Source: a virus (lineage: Duplodnaviria > Heunggongvirae > Uroviricota > Caudoviricetes). From it: a DNA stretch of 36,473 bases. The stretch is taken from the IMG/VR virus record IMGVR_UViG_3300045988_146535. One strand, 5' to 3'. The notes under the pieces were generated by a model. That model worked only from the letters and a program-made list of their open reading frames with translations, did not search any database and had not been told where the DNA came from. The translations under genes and the position numbers were made by a program. Shown in pieces: positions 28,537 to 36,473 of this stretch (within the stretch, counting starts at the first letter, position 1; each line of letters opens with the position of its first letter).

Positions 28537-29474
28537 CCCCTGAATCCTGCCGGGATCTGGCTGTAGTCCACATTGTCGTAACTGGCTTTGAAGTACGGGT
28601 CTTCGCGTTTTTCTGTGTGCGTGCTGACGGACGGCGATAAGCGCAGGGAAAGCTCATCCCATTTTTCCCGCAACTTCGACGGGCTGAGCACGTTACGGCA
28701 CCAGAACGGATCGCGGCTGACGCGGCTGTACATCTCGCAGATTTGTTTGTGAGTACGACCATCCTGCACACACATCAGGCGAATTTCGTTTGCCCAGGCT
28801 GTCCAGTTCGGTTCTTTGGGACGAACCACCTCGCCGTCACATTCGGCAGCCTGCTCGTACAGGGCGATGATTTTTTTCCAGAGCCACTGTGCGCAGATCA
28901 AATCATCCGGCGTTCCCCACTGGCGCTTTTTAGGGCTGAATACAACCGCATCAGGATGGCGAGTTAAAAAATCCTGTTCATCCGTCTGCGTGTCCGGTTG
29001 CGAAGCGTCCGGACGAGAAGGTTTTTTATCTGACGGATCATGTTTTGATTTTACTGACGGATCCCCGCCAGATTCTGACGGGTGAAAACCCGATTTTTTG
29101 CCAGATTTCGACGCATCAAATTTTGACGGGTCAGATTTTGATGCGTCAGATTTTGACGGGTCAGAATCTGACAGTTGAGAAAATGCCGCTGCCTGAAGCT
29201 TCGCAACGTTAAGCTGATAAACATTCGACGCATTGCGGTTACCCTGGCGACGCGCCTTACGCGTTAACCAGCCTTCTGCTTCCAGCCGTGCGATAGCCGT
29301 TCTGACGGTACTCATCCCCGCGCCAATCTGGCGGGCAATAGTTTCAATTGATGGCCAGCACACACCTTCGTCATTACTGAAATCAGCCAGGCGGGCCATA
29401 ATTGCCACACTGGATAATTTCATGCCTGACGCTGCGCAACCATCCCATACATAGCCGGTTAATTTAGTGCTCAT
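28533..29474 (-). CDS. Replication initiation protein (N-terminal wHTH, DnaT-like C-terminal domain) containing internal iterons
   Basis: 313 aa; low-complexity SDSDPSKSDASKSDPSKFDASKS linker encoded by tandem DNA repeats; position after cro/cII-like genes. Confidence 0.6.
   Translation of the reverse strand: MSTKLTGYVWDGCAASGMKLSSVAIMARLADFSNDEGVCWPSIETIARQIGAGMSTVRTAIARLEAEGWLTRKARRQGNRNASNVYQLNVAKLQAAAFSQLSDSDPSKSDASKSDPSKFDASKSGKKSGFHPSESGGDPSVKSKHDPSDKKPSRPDASQPDTQTDEQDFLTRHPDAVVFSPKKRQWGTPDDLICAQWLWKKIIALYEQAAECDGEVVRPKEPNWTAWANEIRLMCVQDGRTHKQICEMYSRVSRDPFWCRNVLSPSKLREKWDELSLRLSPSVSTHTEKREDPYFKASYDNVDYSQIPAGFRG
29047..29175. repeat. Iteron-like tandem repeats (candidate replication origin inside the initiator gene)
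   Basis: About 6-7 copies of a GATTTTGACGG-like unit at roughly 15-bp spacing, e.g. agattttgacgggtc, agattttgatgcgtc, agattttgacgggtc. Confidence 0.5.
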
Positions 29475-29483
29475 GACCGACCT

Positions 29484-29822
29484 CTATTTCCCTGAATTTA
29501 CGACGAAACTGTTCGAGCGGGCTGAAGCACTCATGCTCATAGCCTTCTCGGAGATAGATAACCCGTTGTGTTTCCGGCTCCCAACGAATGACTCTGACGG
29601 GCACTCCGTAGTGATCTTTGAACCAGCGGTTAACTTCTCGCAAAGGACTGTCTCCTTCTGCCGGTTGAAATCACCCACAGCCCACTCAGCAAAGCTGTGG
29701 GTTACAATTTCCCTGTCACCTGGTACATTCACTGCATAGCAATACTCCACCCTCGCTTTTCCACCCGGTACAGGAAGCGCAATCAGTTGCGAGCGACGGT
29801 AGTGTGTTGTTAAACTGTTCAT
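29484..29822 (-). CDS. Hypothetical early protein (cII-position), translationally coupled
   Basis: 112 aa; ATGA start/stop overlap with the upstream YdaT-like gene. Confidence 0.35.
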   Translation of the reverse strand: MNSLTTHYRRSQLIALPVPGGKARVEYCYAVNVPGDREIVTHSFAEWAVGDFNRQKETVLCEKLTAGSKITTECPSESFVGSRKHNGLSISEKAMSMSASARSNSFVVNSGK

Positions 29823-30382
29823 GCGTTAGTTTCTCCACAGTCACGACACGCCACGGCGCCCGGAGCTGCACACTCGCGGGCGTCATTACTTTCTGAAATG
29901 CAAAAGATTTTGTAGACCAGTGCTGCATGCTCCTGCAGCTTCGAAATTGAGAGATACAGCTCGTCGTTAATTGCTGTCTTCTCATGCGGTTCCACTACAC
30001 CGTCTTCGATTGCTGAACGAATCTGTCTGGAATAACTGCCAATCTGTTCAATGACTTCCAGCAGGCGCTGGTTGATATCAGCGTTGTCCACATCCTCGAC
30101 GTCAGGAAGAGACACAAAGACGCCATTTGCAGACTGCGCCACAGCATCAGCAATGAAGTGAGTGCCACCAGCACGCTGTAAAACCATTGCCCATCCCAGC
30201 GGGAAAATCTGATCGCCATCTGCACGAAGGCGGTTGAATAAAGCGTTTTCTGTTACATCGAGCCAGTCAGCCGCTTCAGCGTAACCCCCCGGCAACGCCG
30301 CGATAGTTTTTCTGACAGCTTTCACGTACCACTCAGGCTGTTTTTCTATTTTCCAGTGATGCTTACCCACGATTAGCCTCAT
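29819..30382 (-). CDS. YdaT-like early regulatory protein
   Basis: 187 aa immediately downstream of the Cro-like gene; weak resemblance to the YdaT family from memory. Confidence 0.4.
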   Translation of the reverse strand: MRLIVGKHHWKIEKQPEWYVKAVRKTIAALPGGYAEAADWLDVTENALFNRLRADGDQIFPLGWAMVLQRAGGTHFIADAVAQSANGVFVSLPDVEDVDNADINQRLLEVIEQIGSYSRQIRSAIEDGVVEPHEKTAINDELYLSISKLQEHAALVYKIFCISESNDARECAAPGAVACRDCGETNA

Positions 30383-30413
30383 CGTTCTGTGGTTAAAAAT
30401 TGAAAGTGTTCTG

Positions 30414-30614
30414 CTAATCTTTCGGATAGATATCCGGTCTTAAGTCAGATTTCGTAATTGCACCTGACGTGCATTGCTCAAGTTTTTTAGCCAGCACAAA
30501 ACTGGCTTTTTTATAGCCATTGAAAACCAGCCGTAAGTAGCCAGGTGTTGAGCCAACTTTTCCGGCCAACTCGCCCTGCTGTTCTTTGGTTAAAGAGTCC
30601 CAATACGCTTTCAT
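30414..30614 (-). CDS. Cro-like (YdaS-type) HTH repressor
   Basis: 66 aa MKAYWDSLTKEQQGELAGKVGSTPGYLRLVFNGYKKASFVLAKKLEQCTSGAITKSDLRPDIYPKD; GGAGG ribosome-binding site 10 nt upstream; divergent from cI. Confidence 0.7.
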   Translation of the reverse strand: MKAYWDSLTKEQQGELAGKVGSTPGYLRLVFNGYKKASFVLAKKLEQCTSGAITKSDLRPDIYPKD

Positions 30615-30704
30615 ACAATATGTACCTCCGGTATACATATTACATGATTGAAATGAACCTTCAAGATACTTGTACCTTAACGGTACAAGGGTTTTAATTT
30701 TGTT
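30615..30704. promoter_or_regulatory. Immunity-region operator/promoter (divergent pR / pRM-like)
   Basis: Perfect palindrome CTTGTACC-ttaac-GGTACAAG (30669-30689) and imperfect ATGTACC-tcc-GGTATACAT (30620-30638); candidate -10 TTTAAT at 30693-30698 gives a near-leaderless cI. Confidence 0.5.
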
Positions 30705-31379
30705 ATGAAAACAATCCATGACATCCGGCGGTCTAACGCCAGAAAACTGAGAGATGGTGTTGGCGGGAATTCTTCCTTTGCCACTATGATTGATCGCGAG
30801 CCAACCCAGACCAGCAGGTTTATGGGAGATGGTGCTACTAAAAATATCGGTGACAGCATGGCACGACACATCGAAAAATGTTTCGACCTGCCTGTCGGAT
30901 GGCTCGATCAAGAACACCAGACAACGAACATCACAAAAAAACCTGATGTTTCAATCACTAATAAACAAATCACATTAGTCCCTGTCATATCATGGGTACA
31001 GGCCGGAGCATGGAAAGAAGTTGGATATTCTGAGGTTGATTTGAGCACAGCAGAAACGTATCCCTGCCCTGTCCCCTGTGGGGAAATGACTTATATCTTG
31101 CGGGTGATAGGTGATTCAATGATTGATGAGTACCGCCCGGGAGACATGATTTTTGTCGATCCTGAAGTACCTGCCTGCCACGGTGACGACGTTATTGCAT
31201 TGATGCACGATACAGGTGAAACCACCTTCAAAAGGTTGATAGAAGATGGGACACAGCGTTATCTCAAAGCGTTAAACCCAAACTGGCCTGAGCCTTACAT
31301 TAAGATCAACGGTAATTGCTCTATAATTGGTACAGTGATTTTCTCAGGAAAACCAAGAAGATACAAAATCAAAGCCTAA
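30705..31379 (+). CDS. cI-like repressor (HTH plus LexA/S24-type autocleavage domain)
   Basis: 224 aa; C-terminal VIGDSM...GD...V and K-containing S24 peptidase-like region. Confidence 0.8.
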   Translation: MKTIHDIRRSNARKLRDGVGGNSSFATMIDREPTQTSRFMGDGATKNIGDSMARHIEKCFDLPVGWLDQEHQTTNITKKPDVSITNKQITLVPVISWVQAGAWKEVGYSEVDLSTAETYPCPVPCGEMTYILRVIGDSMIDEYRPGDMIFVDPEVPACHGDDVIALMHDTGETTFKRLIEDGTQRYLKALNPNWPEPYIKINGNCSIIGTVIFSGKPRRYKIKA

Positions 31380-31390
31380 TCAATGTTTAT

Positions 31391-31415
31391 GAACCTGCTT
31401 CGGCAGGTTTTTTTA
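31391..31415 (+). terminator. Intrinsic terminator after cI
   Basis: AACCTGC-ttcg-GCAGGTT followed by TTTTTTT. Confidence 0.6.
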
Positions 31416-31418
31416 TAC

Positions 31419-31452
31419 TTGACAATGTACCTTTGAGATACATAATGTACCC
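31419..31452 (+). promoter_or_regulatory. pL-like early-left promoter with flanking operator repeats
   Basis: TTGACA (31419-31424), 16-bp spacer, CATAAT (31441-31446); 8-bp direct repeat AATGTACC at 31424-31431 and 31444-31451 shares the TGTACC half-site of the cI/cro operators. Confidence 0.5.
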
Positions 31453-31572
31453 AAGAGAAACAACAAACAGGCAGGTCGTCCACGAAGTAGCCCCCTGGAG
31501 CATATGAAGTCCAGGATGATTCGTTGAGTCATGTTGTGCCACTAGGCACTCATGTTAAAGCAGGTGTATGAA

Positions 31573-31848
31573 ATGAAAGTCCAGATTTTAAACAATAACT
31601 GTGAAGTCGTTTGGTCATACGACATAGCCGCCCCTGTAGATCAGAGCGGCGATAGCTGGACCAATGGGAAACATCAGATTATGGCTGGAGTTGTGTTCTC
31701 TTTACGCCGTGCTTTGGAACAGGCTGAAGTATTTCCATCAGACCCTGAATGGAAATGGCCTTTTTCTATTTGTCCAAATTCGGAGAGCACATTTCAGAAA
31801 ATTGGTCAGAAAGTCGCACTCGAAGAGCATCAGCCAACTGTTTCCTGA
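31573..31848 (+). CDS. Hypothetical protein, first gene of the early-left transcript
   Basis: 91 aa from the internal ATG with an AGGTG ribosome-binding site (ORF 31552-31848). Confidence 0.4.
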   Translation: MKVQILNNNCEVVWSYDIAAPVDQSGDSWTNGKHQIMAGVVFSLRRALEQAEVFPSDPEWKWPFSICPNSESTFQKIGQKVALEEHQPTVS

Positions 31849-32011
31849 TTTTTTCAGGTAACTCGTCGGCATCGCAGAAACAACAACGCTCGATCATGTT
31901 GAAAGCCGATTCGTAGAACTGTTTCTGCTGAGTGTCGCTGAGACAGGAAAAGAGCGACGTTACGATGATTTTATTAATTGCATTATCAAGTTCTTTTTCA
32001 TCAAAAGTCAT
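31766..32011 (-). CDS. Hypothetical protein (antisense to the early-left transcript)
   Basis: 81 aa; AGGAAA ribosome-binding site 6 nt upstream of the ATG; Cys pairs (CCFC); overlaps the 3' end of the plus-strand ORF. Confidence 0.35.
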   Translation of the reverse strand: MTFDEKELDNAINKIIVTSLFSCLSDTQQKQFYESAFNMIERCCFCDADELPEKIRKQLADALRVRLSDQFSEMCSPNLDK

Positions 32012-32265
32012 TTGATTTTCCTTTTATGTATACGGGCTTAAAAGGATACCACCGAGCCTGAAGTGGTGAAAAGACAGGCACATAACAGCTAAGTATTTTC
32101 AACCAAAGAGAATCCTTAGCGTTGTGGTGAATGCGGCTCAGCGCACGCGGGTTAAGGTTGAGGCTGACAGTCGACCTTCTGTGGATACCCACCCGCCTGG
32201 TGTGCAACCTTCGCCAGGCACCGGGAGGCACCCGGCACCACAACTTTATGCTGTGTGTAGTCCTG

Positions 32266-32310
32266 GCGGTACCAGCTTGTACCCTTGCTTCCGGCTGGTA
32301 CCGTCCTTTT
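32266..32310 (+). terminator. Candidate intrinsic terminator inside the structured early-left leader
   Basis: CGGTACCAGC (32266-32275) pairs with GCTGGTACCG (32293-32302), followed by tccTTTTT. Confidence 0.35.
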
Positions 32311-32448
32311 TACAAAACAGAGAAGAGCATCACCGGACGACGGGCTCATAACCCAATCCATCCGGGCGGCTGCCACCGCAGGTGTTCTTCTCTGTTTTGT
32401 GGAGAAACTAATCGGCCTTGCAGGGTCGATATGATGAGGAGCAGCAAA

Positions 32449-32811
32449 ATGGCTAGCGAACGCAGTACTGATGTGCAGGCATTTATCGGGGAGCTGGACG
32501 GCGGCGTATTTGAAACCAAAATCGGCGCAGTTCTCAGTGAAGTCGCTTCCGGTGTGATGAACACGAAAACCAAAGGTAAGGTCTCACTCAACCTGGAAAT
32601 CGAACCATTTGATGAGAACCGTGTGAAAATCAAACACAAACTCTCATATGTTCGCCCGACTAACCGCGGGAAAATTTCCGAAGAAGACACCACCGAAACG
32701 CCGATGTATGTCAATCGCGGTGGTCGCCTGACTATTCTGCAGGAAGACCAGGGACAGTTACTGACTCTTGCCGGTGAACCTGACGGAAAACTCCGCGCAG
32801 CAGGTCGTTAA
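32449..32811 (+). CDS. YfdP-like protein
   Basis: 120 aa from MASERS; the upstream part of ORF 32131-32811 looks non-coding; size and order match the K-12 CPS-53 yfdPQRST cluster as I recall it. Confidence 0.5.
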   Translation: MASERSTDVQAFIGELDGGVFETKIGAVLSEVASGVMNTKTKGKVSLNLEIEPFDENRVKIKHKLSYVRPTNRGKISEEDTTETPMYVNRGGRLTILQEDQGQLLTLAGEPDGKLRAAGR

Positions 32812-32876
32812 TATCGTTTTTAATTAACTGATTATTTATCTCATCACTGAATATCTTTATATAGTGAGGACTTATT

Positions 32877-33701
32877 ATGTCTCAGAACTTAGACGCAACC
32901 GCAATTAATCAAATCCATGCCCTTATTTCTGCTCAGGGTGTTAATGAAATTATCAGTAAGATTGGTGCCGATGCTGTGGCATTGCCTGAGAATTTCCGCA
33001 TTCATGATCTGGAAAAATTTAATTTAAATCGCTTCCGTTTCCGTGGTGCGCTTTCCACTGCCAGCATCGATGACTTTACCCGTTATTCTAAAGATCTTGC
33101 AGATGAAGGCACCCGCTGCTTTATCGATGCTGATAATATGCGTGCCGTCAGTGTGCTTAACCTGGGTACTATTGATGAACCAGGTCACGCAGATAACACC
33201 GCCACACTCAAACTGAAAAAGACAGCACCGTTCTCTGCTCTGTTGTCTGTTAACGGCGAGCGTAACTCCCAGAAGTCACTGGCAGAATGGATTGAAGACT
33301 GGGCCGACTATCTTGTGGGCTTTGATGCTAATGGTGACGCTATTCAGGCAACAAAAGCGGCTGCGGCTGTCCGTAAAATCACGATTGAAGCAAACCAGAC
33401 CGCTGATTTTGAAGATAATGACTTCAGCGGCAAACGCTCCCTGATGGAGTCTGTCGAAGCGAAGACCAAAGACATTATGCCAGTGGCATTTGAATTTAAA
33501 TGCGTTCCGTTTGAAGGTCTGAAAGAACGTCCGTTTAAATTACGCCTCAGTATTATCACTGGCGATCGTCCTGTACTGGTTCTGCGCATTATTCAGCTGG
33601 AGGCGGTGCAGGAAGAAATGGCTAACGAATTTCGTGATCTGCTTGTTGAGAAATTCAAGGACAGCAAAGTAGAAACCTTTATTGGTACTTTCACCGCCTG
33701 A
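32877..33701 (+). CDS. YfdQ-like protein
   Basis: 274 aa; size and position in the yfdPQRST-like cluster. Confidence 0.55.
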   Translation: MSQNLDATAINQIHALISAQGVNEIISKIGADAVALPENFRIHDLEKFNLNRFRFRGALSTASIDDFTRYSKDLADEGTRCFIDADNMRAVSVLNLGTIDEPGHADNTATLKLKKTAPFSALLSVNGERNSQKSLAEWIEDWADYLVGFDANGDAIQATKAAAAVRKITIEANQTADFEDNDFSGKRSLMESVEAKTKDIMPVAFEFKCVPFEGLKERPFKLRLSIITGDRPVLVLRIIQLEAVQEEMANEFRDLLVEKFKDSKVETFIGTFTA

Positions 33702-33828
33702 TTTCATTACTGCATATGCCCCTGCGGGGGCATTTATGGAAACGTAATTTACTCAATAATCGCCGGATGGTGAGGGATTCTTTTTACCAGAATTCAGCGC
33801 GGTGCAGCGCATATACGTGGAGAACAAA

Positions 33829-34365
33829 ATGTCATTTATTAAAACTTTTTCCGGGAAGCATTTTTATTATGACAGGATAAATAAAGACGACATCGATATT
33901 AACGATATCGCGGTTTCCCTTTCAAATATCTGTCGCTTTGCCGGTCATCTTTCGCACTTCTACAGCGTCGCCCAACATGCGGTTCTTTGCAGCCAGCTGG
34001 TGCCGCAGGAATTTGCTTTTGAAGCGTTAATGCATGATGCAACAGAAGCGTATTGCCAGGACATTCCCGCACCACTGAAACGCCTTCTTCCTGACTATAA
34101 ACAAATGGAAGAAAAAATAGACGCCGTAATCCGTGAGAAATACGGGTTACCCCCAGTTATGAGTACGCCCGTGAAATATGCCGATCTCATCATGCTGGCA
34201 ACCGAACGCCGCGATCTCGGGCTTGATGATGGCTCTTTCTGGCCTGTACTGGAAGGTATCCCGGCAACAGAGATGTTCAACGTGATTCCACTGGCACCGG
34301 GCCATGCCTACGGGATGTTTATGGAACGCTTTAACGAGTTATCGGAGTTACGCAAATGCGCATGA
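33829..34365 (+). CDS. YfdR-like HD-domain phosphohydrolase
   Basis: 178 aa from the ATG with a GGAGA ribosome-binding site; HD-like H...HD motif region (AQHAVLCSQL...LMHDATEAY). Confidence 0.6.
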   Translation: MSFIKTFSGKHFYYDRINKDDIDINDIAVSLSNICRFAGHLSHFYSVAQHAVLCSQLVPQEFAFEALMHDATEAYCQDIPAPLKRLLPDYKQMEEKIDAVIREKYGLPPVMSTPVKYADLIMLATERRDLGLDDGSFWPVLEGIPATEMFNVIPLAPGHAYGMFMERFNELSELRKCA

Positions 34366-34718
34366 ATGTTTTCGAAATGGAAGGGTTTCTTCGTGGGAGA
34401 TGTGTACCGCGAGATCTGAAAGTAAATGAAACAGATGCTGAATACCTGGTGCGTAAATTCGATGCGCTTGAAGCTAAATGTGCAGCACAGGAAAACAAAG
34501 TAATACCAGTGTCAACTGAACTGCCACCAGCAAATGAAAGTGTTTTGTTATTCGATGCTAACGGAGAAGGCTGGCTAATTGGCTGGCGTTCTCTCTGGTA
34601 CACCTGGGGACAAAAAGAAACCGGAGAATGGCAGTGGACATTTCAGGTCGGGGACCTTGAAAACGTCAATATCACTCACTGGGCAGTAATGCCAAAAGCA
34701 CCGGAGGCTGGAGCATAA
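34356..34718 (+). CDS. YfdS-like protein
   Basis: 120 aa; overlapping coupling with neighbours. Confidence 0.5.
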   Translation: MRMNVFEMEGFLRGRCVPRDLKVNETDAEYLVRKFDALEAKCAAQENKVIPVSTELPPANESVLLFDANGEGWLIGWRSLWYTWGQKETGEWQWTFQVGDLENVNITHWAVMPKAPEAGA

Positions 34719-35023
34719 TGACCACTTTTACCGACAAAGAACTGATTAAAGAAATTAAAGAGCGTATCAGCAGCCTTGACGTGCGAGACGATATTGAGCG
34801 CCGTGCTTATGAAATCGCACTCCTATCTCTGGAAGTAGAACCAGATGAACGCGAAGCTTATGAATTATTCATGGAAAAGCGTTTCGGTGACTTAGTAGAT
34901 CGTCGGAGAGCAAAAAACGGCGATAACGAATACATGGCATGGGATATGACTCTCGGTTGGATCGTCTGGCAGCAACGAGCTGGTATCCATTTTTCAACAA
35001 TGTCACAGCAAGAGGTGAAATAA
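34718..35023 (+). CDS. YfdT-like protein
   Basis: 101 aa; ATGA overlap with the upstream gene. Confidence 0.5.
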   Translation: MTTFTDKELIKEIKERISSLDVRDDIERRAYEIALLSLEVEPDEREAYELFMEKRFGDLVDRRRAKNGDNEYMAWDMTLGWIVWQQRAGIHFSTMSQQEVK

Positions 35024-35373
35024 TGGAGCCATACAGCCTCACACTCGATGAGGCCTGTCATTTTCTCAAGATATCCAGACCGACTGCCATTAACTGGATA
35101 CGCACAGGGCGTCTTCAGGCAACACGCAAAGATCCCACTAAGAATAAATCTCCTTACCTCACAACACGACAAGCCTGCATTGCGGCTCTTCAGTCTCCGC
35201 TGCATACTGTCCAGGTGAGCGCGGGTGATGGCATAACAGAGGAAAGAAAATGTCACTCTTCCGCAGAGGTGAAATATGGTACGCCAGTTTCACATTGCCG
35301 AACGGTAAAAGATTTAAACAGTCTCTTGGAACAAAGGACAAAAGGCAGGCGACAGAACTCCATGACAAGCTAA
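35023..35373 (+). CDS. xis: Excisionase (HTH), 3' end overlapping int
   Basis: Starts [31 protein letters not shown] (HTH) at an ATG overlapping the upstream stop; about 116 aa, overlapping the integrase start by ~124 nt. Confidence 0.5.
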   Translation: MEPYSLTLDEACHFLKISRPTAINWIRTGRLQATRKDPTKNKSPYLTTRQACIAALQSPLHTVQVSAGDGITEERKCHSSAEVKYGTPVSHCRTVKDLNSLLEQRTKGRRQNSMTS

Positions 35374-36413
35374 AGGCTGAAGCATGGCGGGTCAGCAAAC
35401 TTGGTGAAATACCTGATATAACGTTCGAGGAAGCGTGTGTCAGGTGGCTTGAAGAGAAAGCACATAAAAAATCACTGGACGATGACAAAAGCCGGATCGG
35501 ATTCTGGCTTCAACATTTCGCAGGAATGCAACTAAGAGACATTACTGAATCAAAAATTTATTCAGCAATGCAGAAAATGACGAACCGGCGTCATGAGGAA
35601 AACTGGAAACTCAGGGCAGAAGCATGCAGAAAAAAAGGGAAACCTGTTCCAGAATACACGCCAAAACCAGCGTCCGTTGCAACGAAGGCTACGCATCTTT
35701 CATTTATAAAGGCCCTACTAAGAGCCGCAGAGCGTGAATGGAAAATGCTGGATAAGGCACCAATTATTAAAGTGCCTCAACCAAAGAATAAACGGATCCG
35801 CTGGCTGGAGCCCCATGAAGCACAAAGGCTGATTGATGAATGTCCGGAGCCATTAAAGTCTGTTGTTGAATTTGCACTGGCAACAGGCTTAAGACGCTCG
35901 AACATCATCAACCTTGAATGGCAACAAATAGATATGCAGCGCCGGGTGGCATGGATAAACCCGGAAGAGAGTAAATCAAACCGCGCAATTGGCGTTGCGC
36001 TGAATGATACTGCATGTCGCGTATTGAAAAAACAAATCGGGAATCATCACCGTTGGGTATTTGTGTACAAGGAAAGCTGTACCAAACCAGACGGAACGAA
36101 AGCGCCAACAGTAAGGAAGATGCGGTATGACGCAAACACAGCCTGGAAAGCGGCGCTGAGACGGGCTGGTATTGATGATTTCAGATTTCACGACTTGAGA
36201 CACACCTGGGCAAGTTGGCTGGTTCAAGCCGGAGTCCCGTTGTCAGTGTTACAGGAAATGGGAGGCTGGGAGTCTATCGAAATGGTTCGTCGATATGCTC
36301 ACCTTGCACCTAATCACCTTACCGAACACGCACGGCAAATAGACTCGATCCTGAACCCATCGGTCTCAAATTTGTCCCAGTCAAAAAATAAGGAAGGTAC
36401 TAATGATGTGTAA
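35250..36413 (+). CDS. int: Tyrosine integrase (phage integrase family)
   Basis: 387 aa; N-terminus [34 protein letters not shown] typical of P22/SfV-type integrases; C-terminal R...[10 protein letters not shown]...Y catalytic motifs; adjacent to the tRNA 3' end. Confidence 0.9.
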   Translation: MSLFRRGEIWYASFTLPNGKRFKQSLGTKDKRQATELHDKLKAEAWRVSKLGEIPDITFEEACVRWLEEKAHKKSLDDDKSRIGFWLQHFAGMQLRDITESKIYSAMQKMTNRRHEENWKLRAEACRKKGKPVPEYTPKPASVATKATHLSFIKALLRAAEREWKMLDKAPIIKVPQPKNKRIRWLEPHEAQRLIDECPEPLKSVVEFALATGLRRSNIINLEWQQIDMQRRVAWINPEESKSNRAIGVALNDTACRVLKKQIGNHHRWVFVYKESCTKPDGTKAPTVRKMRYDANTAWKAALRRAGIDDFRFHDLRHTWASWLVQAGVPLSVLQEMGGWESIEMVRRYAHLAPNHLTEHARQIDSILNPSVSNLSQSKNKEGTNDV

Positions 36414-36427
36414 CTTATTGATTTTAA

Positions 36428-36473
36428 TGGTGCCGATAATAGGAGTCGAACCTACGACCTTCGCATTACGAAT
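36428..36473 (-). tRNA. thrW: tRNA-Thr 3' portion (partial, runs off the window end); probable attachment site
   Basis: Reverse complement of the last 46 nt is ATTCGTAATGCGAAGGTCGTAGGTTCGACTCCTATTATCGGCACCA, the anticodon-arm-to-CCA part of a tRNA; matches E. coli thrW from memory. Confidence 0.7.

Larger units (their letters stand above)
161..36427. mobile_element. Temperate prophage (lambdoid regulation, HK97-like head, Mu-like contractile tail); right junction at a tRNA 3' end, left limit uncertain (at or beyond 161)
   Basis: Continuous phage gene order int-xis-early genes-cI/cro-replication-Q-lysis-terminase-portal-protease-capsid-tail-tail fibre-invertase; tRNA 3' end immediately beyond int. 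Confidence 0.85.

Noticed and set aside
29047-29175. CRISPR-like repeat array
   Set aside because: The repeats are short (~15 bp), contiguous without unique spacers, lie inside an open reading frame and there are no cas genes; they fit replication iterons better.
32012-32448. Retron msr/msd non-coding RNA
   Set aside because: Long inverted repeats are present, but no reverse transcriptase gene follows; the downstream genes are YfdP/Q-like.
32131-32811. 226-aa ORF as one long protein
   Set aside because: The first ~105 codons are Arg/Trp/Cys/His-rich and lie in a GC-rich palindromic region; only the last 120 aa from MASERS look protein-like.
34939-35022. Upstream extension of the excisionase ORF (MGYDSRLDRLAATSWYPFFNNVTARGEI)
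   Set aside because: It overlaps the 3' end of the YfdT-like gene in another frame; the ATG at 35023 overlapping the upstream stop is the more plausible start.
25160-36413. Serotype-conversion (gtrABC-like) genes next to int, or toxin cargo between Q and the holin
   Set aside because: No glycosyltransferase or flippase-like membrane proteins occur between int and the tRNA, and the Q-to-holin cargo does not resemble known toxin genes.

Overview
This window is almost entirely one temperate prophage, read right to left on the minus strand for most genes. At the right edge a tyrosine integrase (35250-36413, +) sits next to the 3' end of a tRNA on the minus strand (36428 to window end), which I recognise from memory as tRNA-Thr (thrW); this looks like the tRNA-proximal attachment junction. 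Moving leftward: an excisionase and a yfdP/Q/R/S/T-like early-left cluster (+ strand), a cI-like repressor (+) divergent from a Cro-like gene (-), then on the minus strand a replication module with iteron-like repeats, RusA, KilA-N and DUF968 proteins, a Q-like antiterminator, a holin/endolysin/Rz/Rz1 lysis cassette, HNH endonuclease, small and large terminase, HK97-type portal, protease and major capsid, head-tail joining proteins, and a Mu-type contractile tail (sheath, tube, frameshifted chaperone, tape measure, DNA-circulation protein, baseplate proteins). The left end carries an e14/Mu-G-type invertible tail-fibre segment (about 331-2204) bounded by 26-bp inverted crossover sites, next to a truncated, frameshifted Pin-like invertase remnant (161-276). 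Three visibly AT-rich accessory insertions interrupt the backbone. The strongest candidate for an undescribed system is a plus-strand three-gene operon between Q and the lysis genes (23241-25125): a GHKL/HATPase_c-type ATPase, a small STAS-like (DUF4325-like) protein and a membrane protein, closed by a bidirectional terminator. The other two are a secreted-protein moron with its own promoter and terminator (7544-8074) and a convergent two-gene island after the lysis cassette (20558-21440). A GC-rich, heavily structured non-coding stretch (32012-32448) in the early-left transcript is also unexplained. All calls are from reading the translations and the DNA by eye; no database search was possible.
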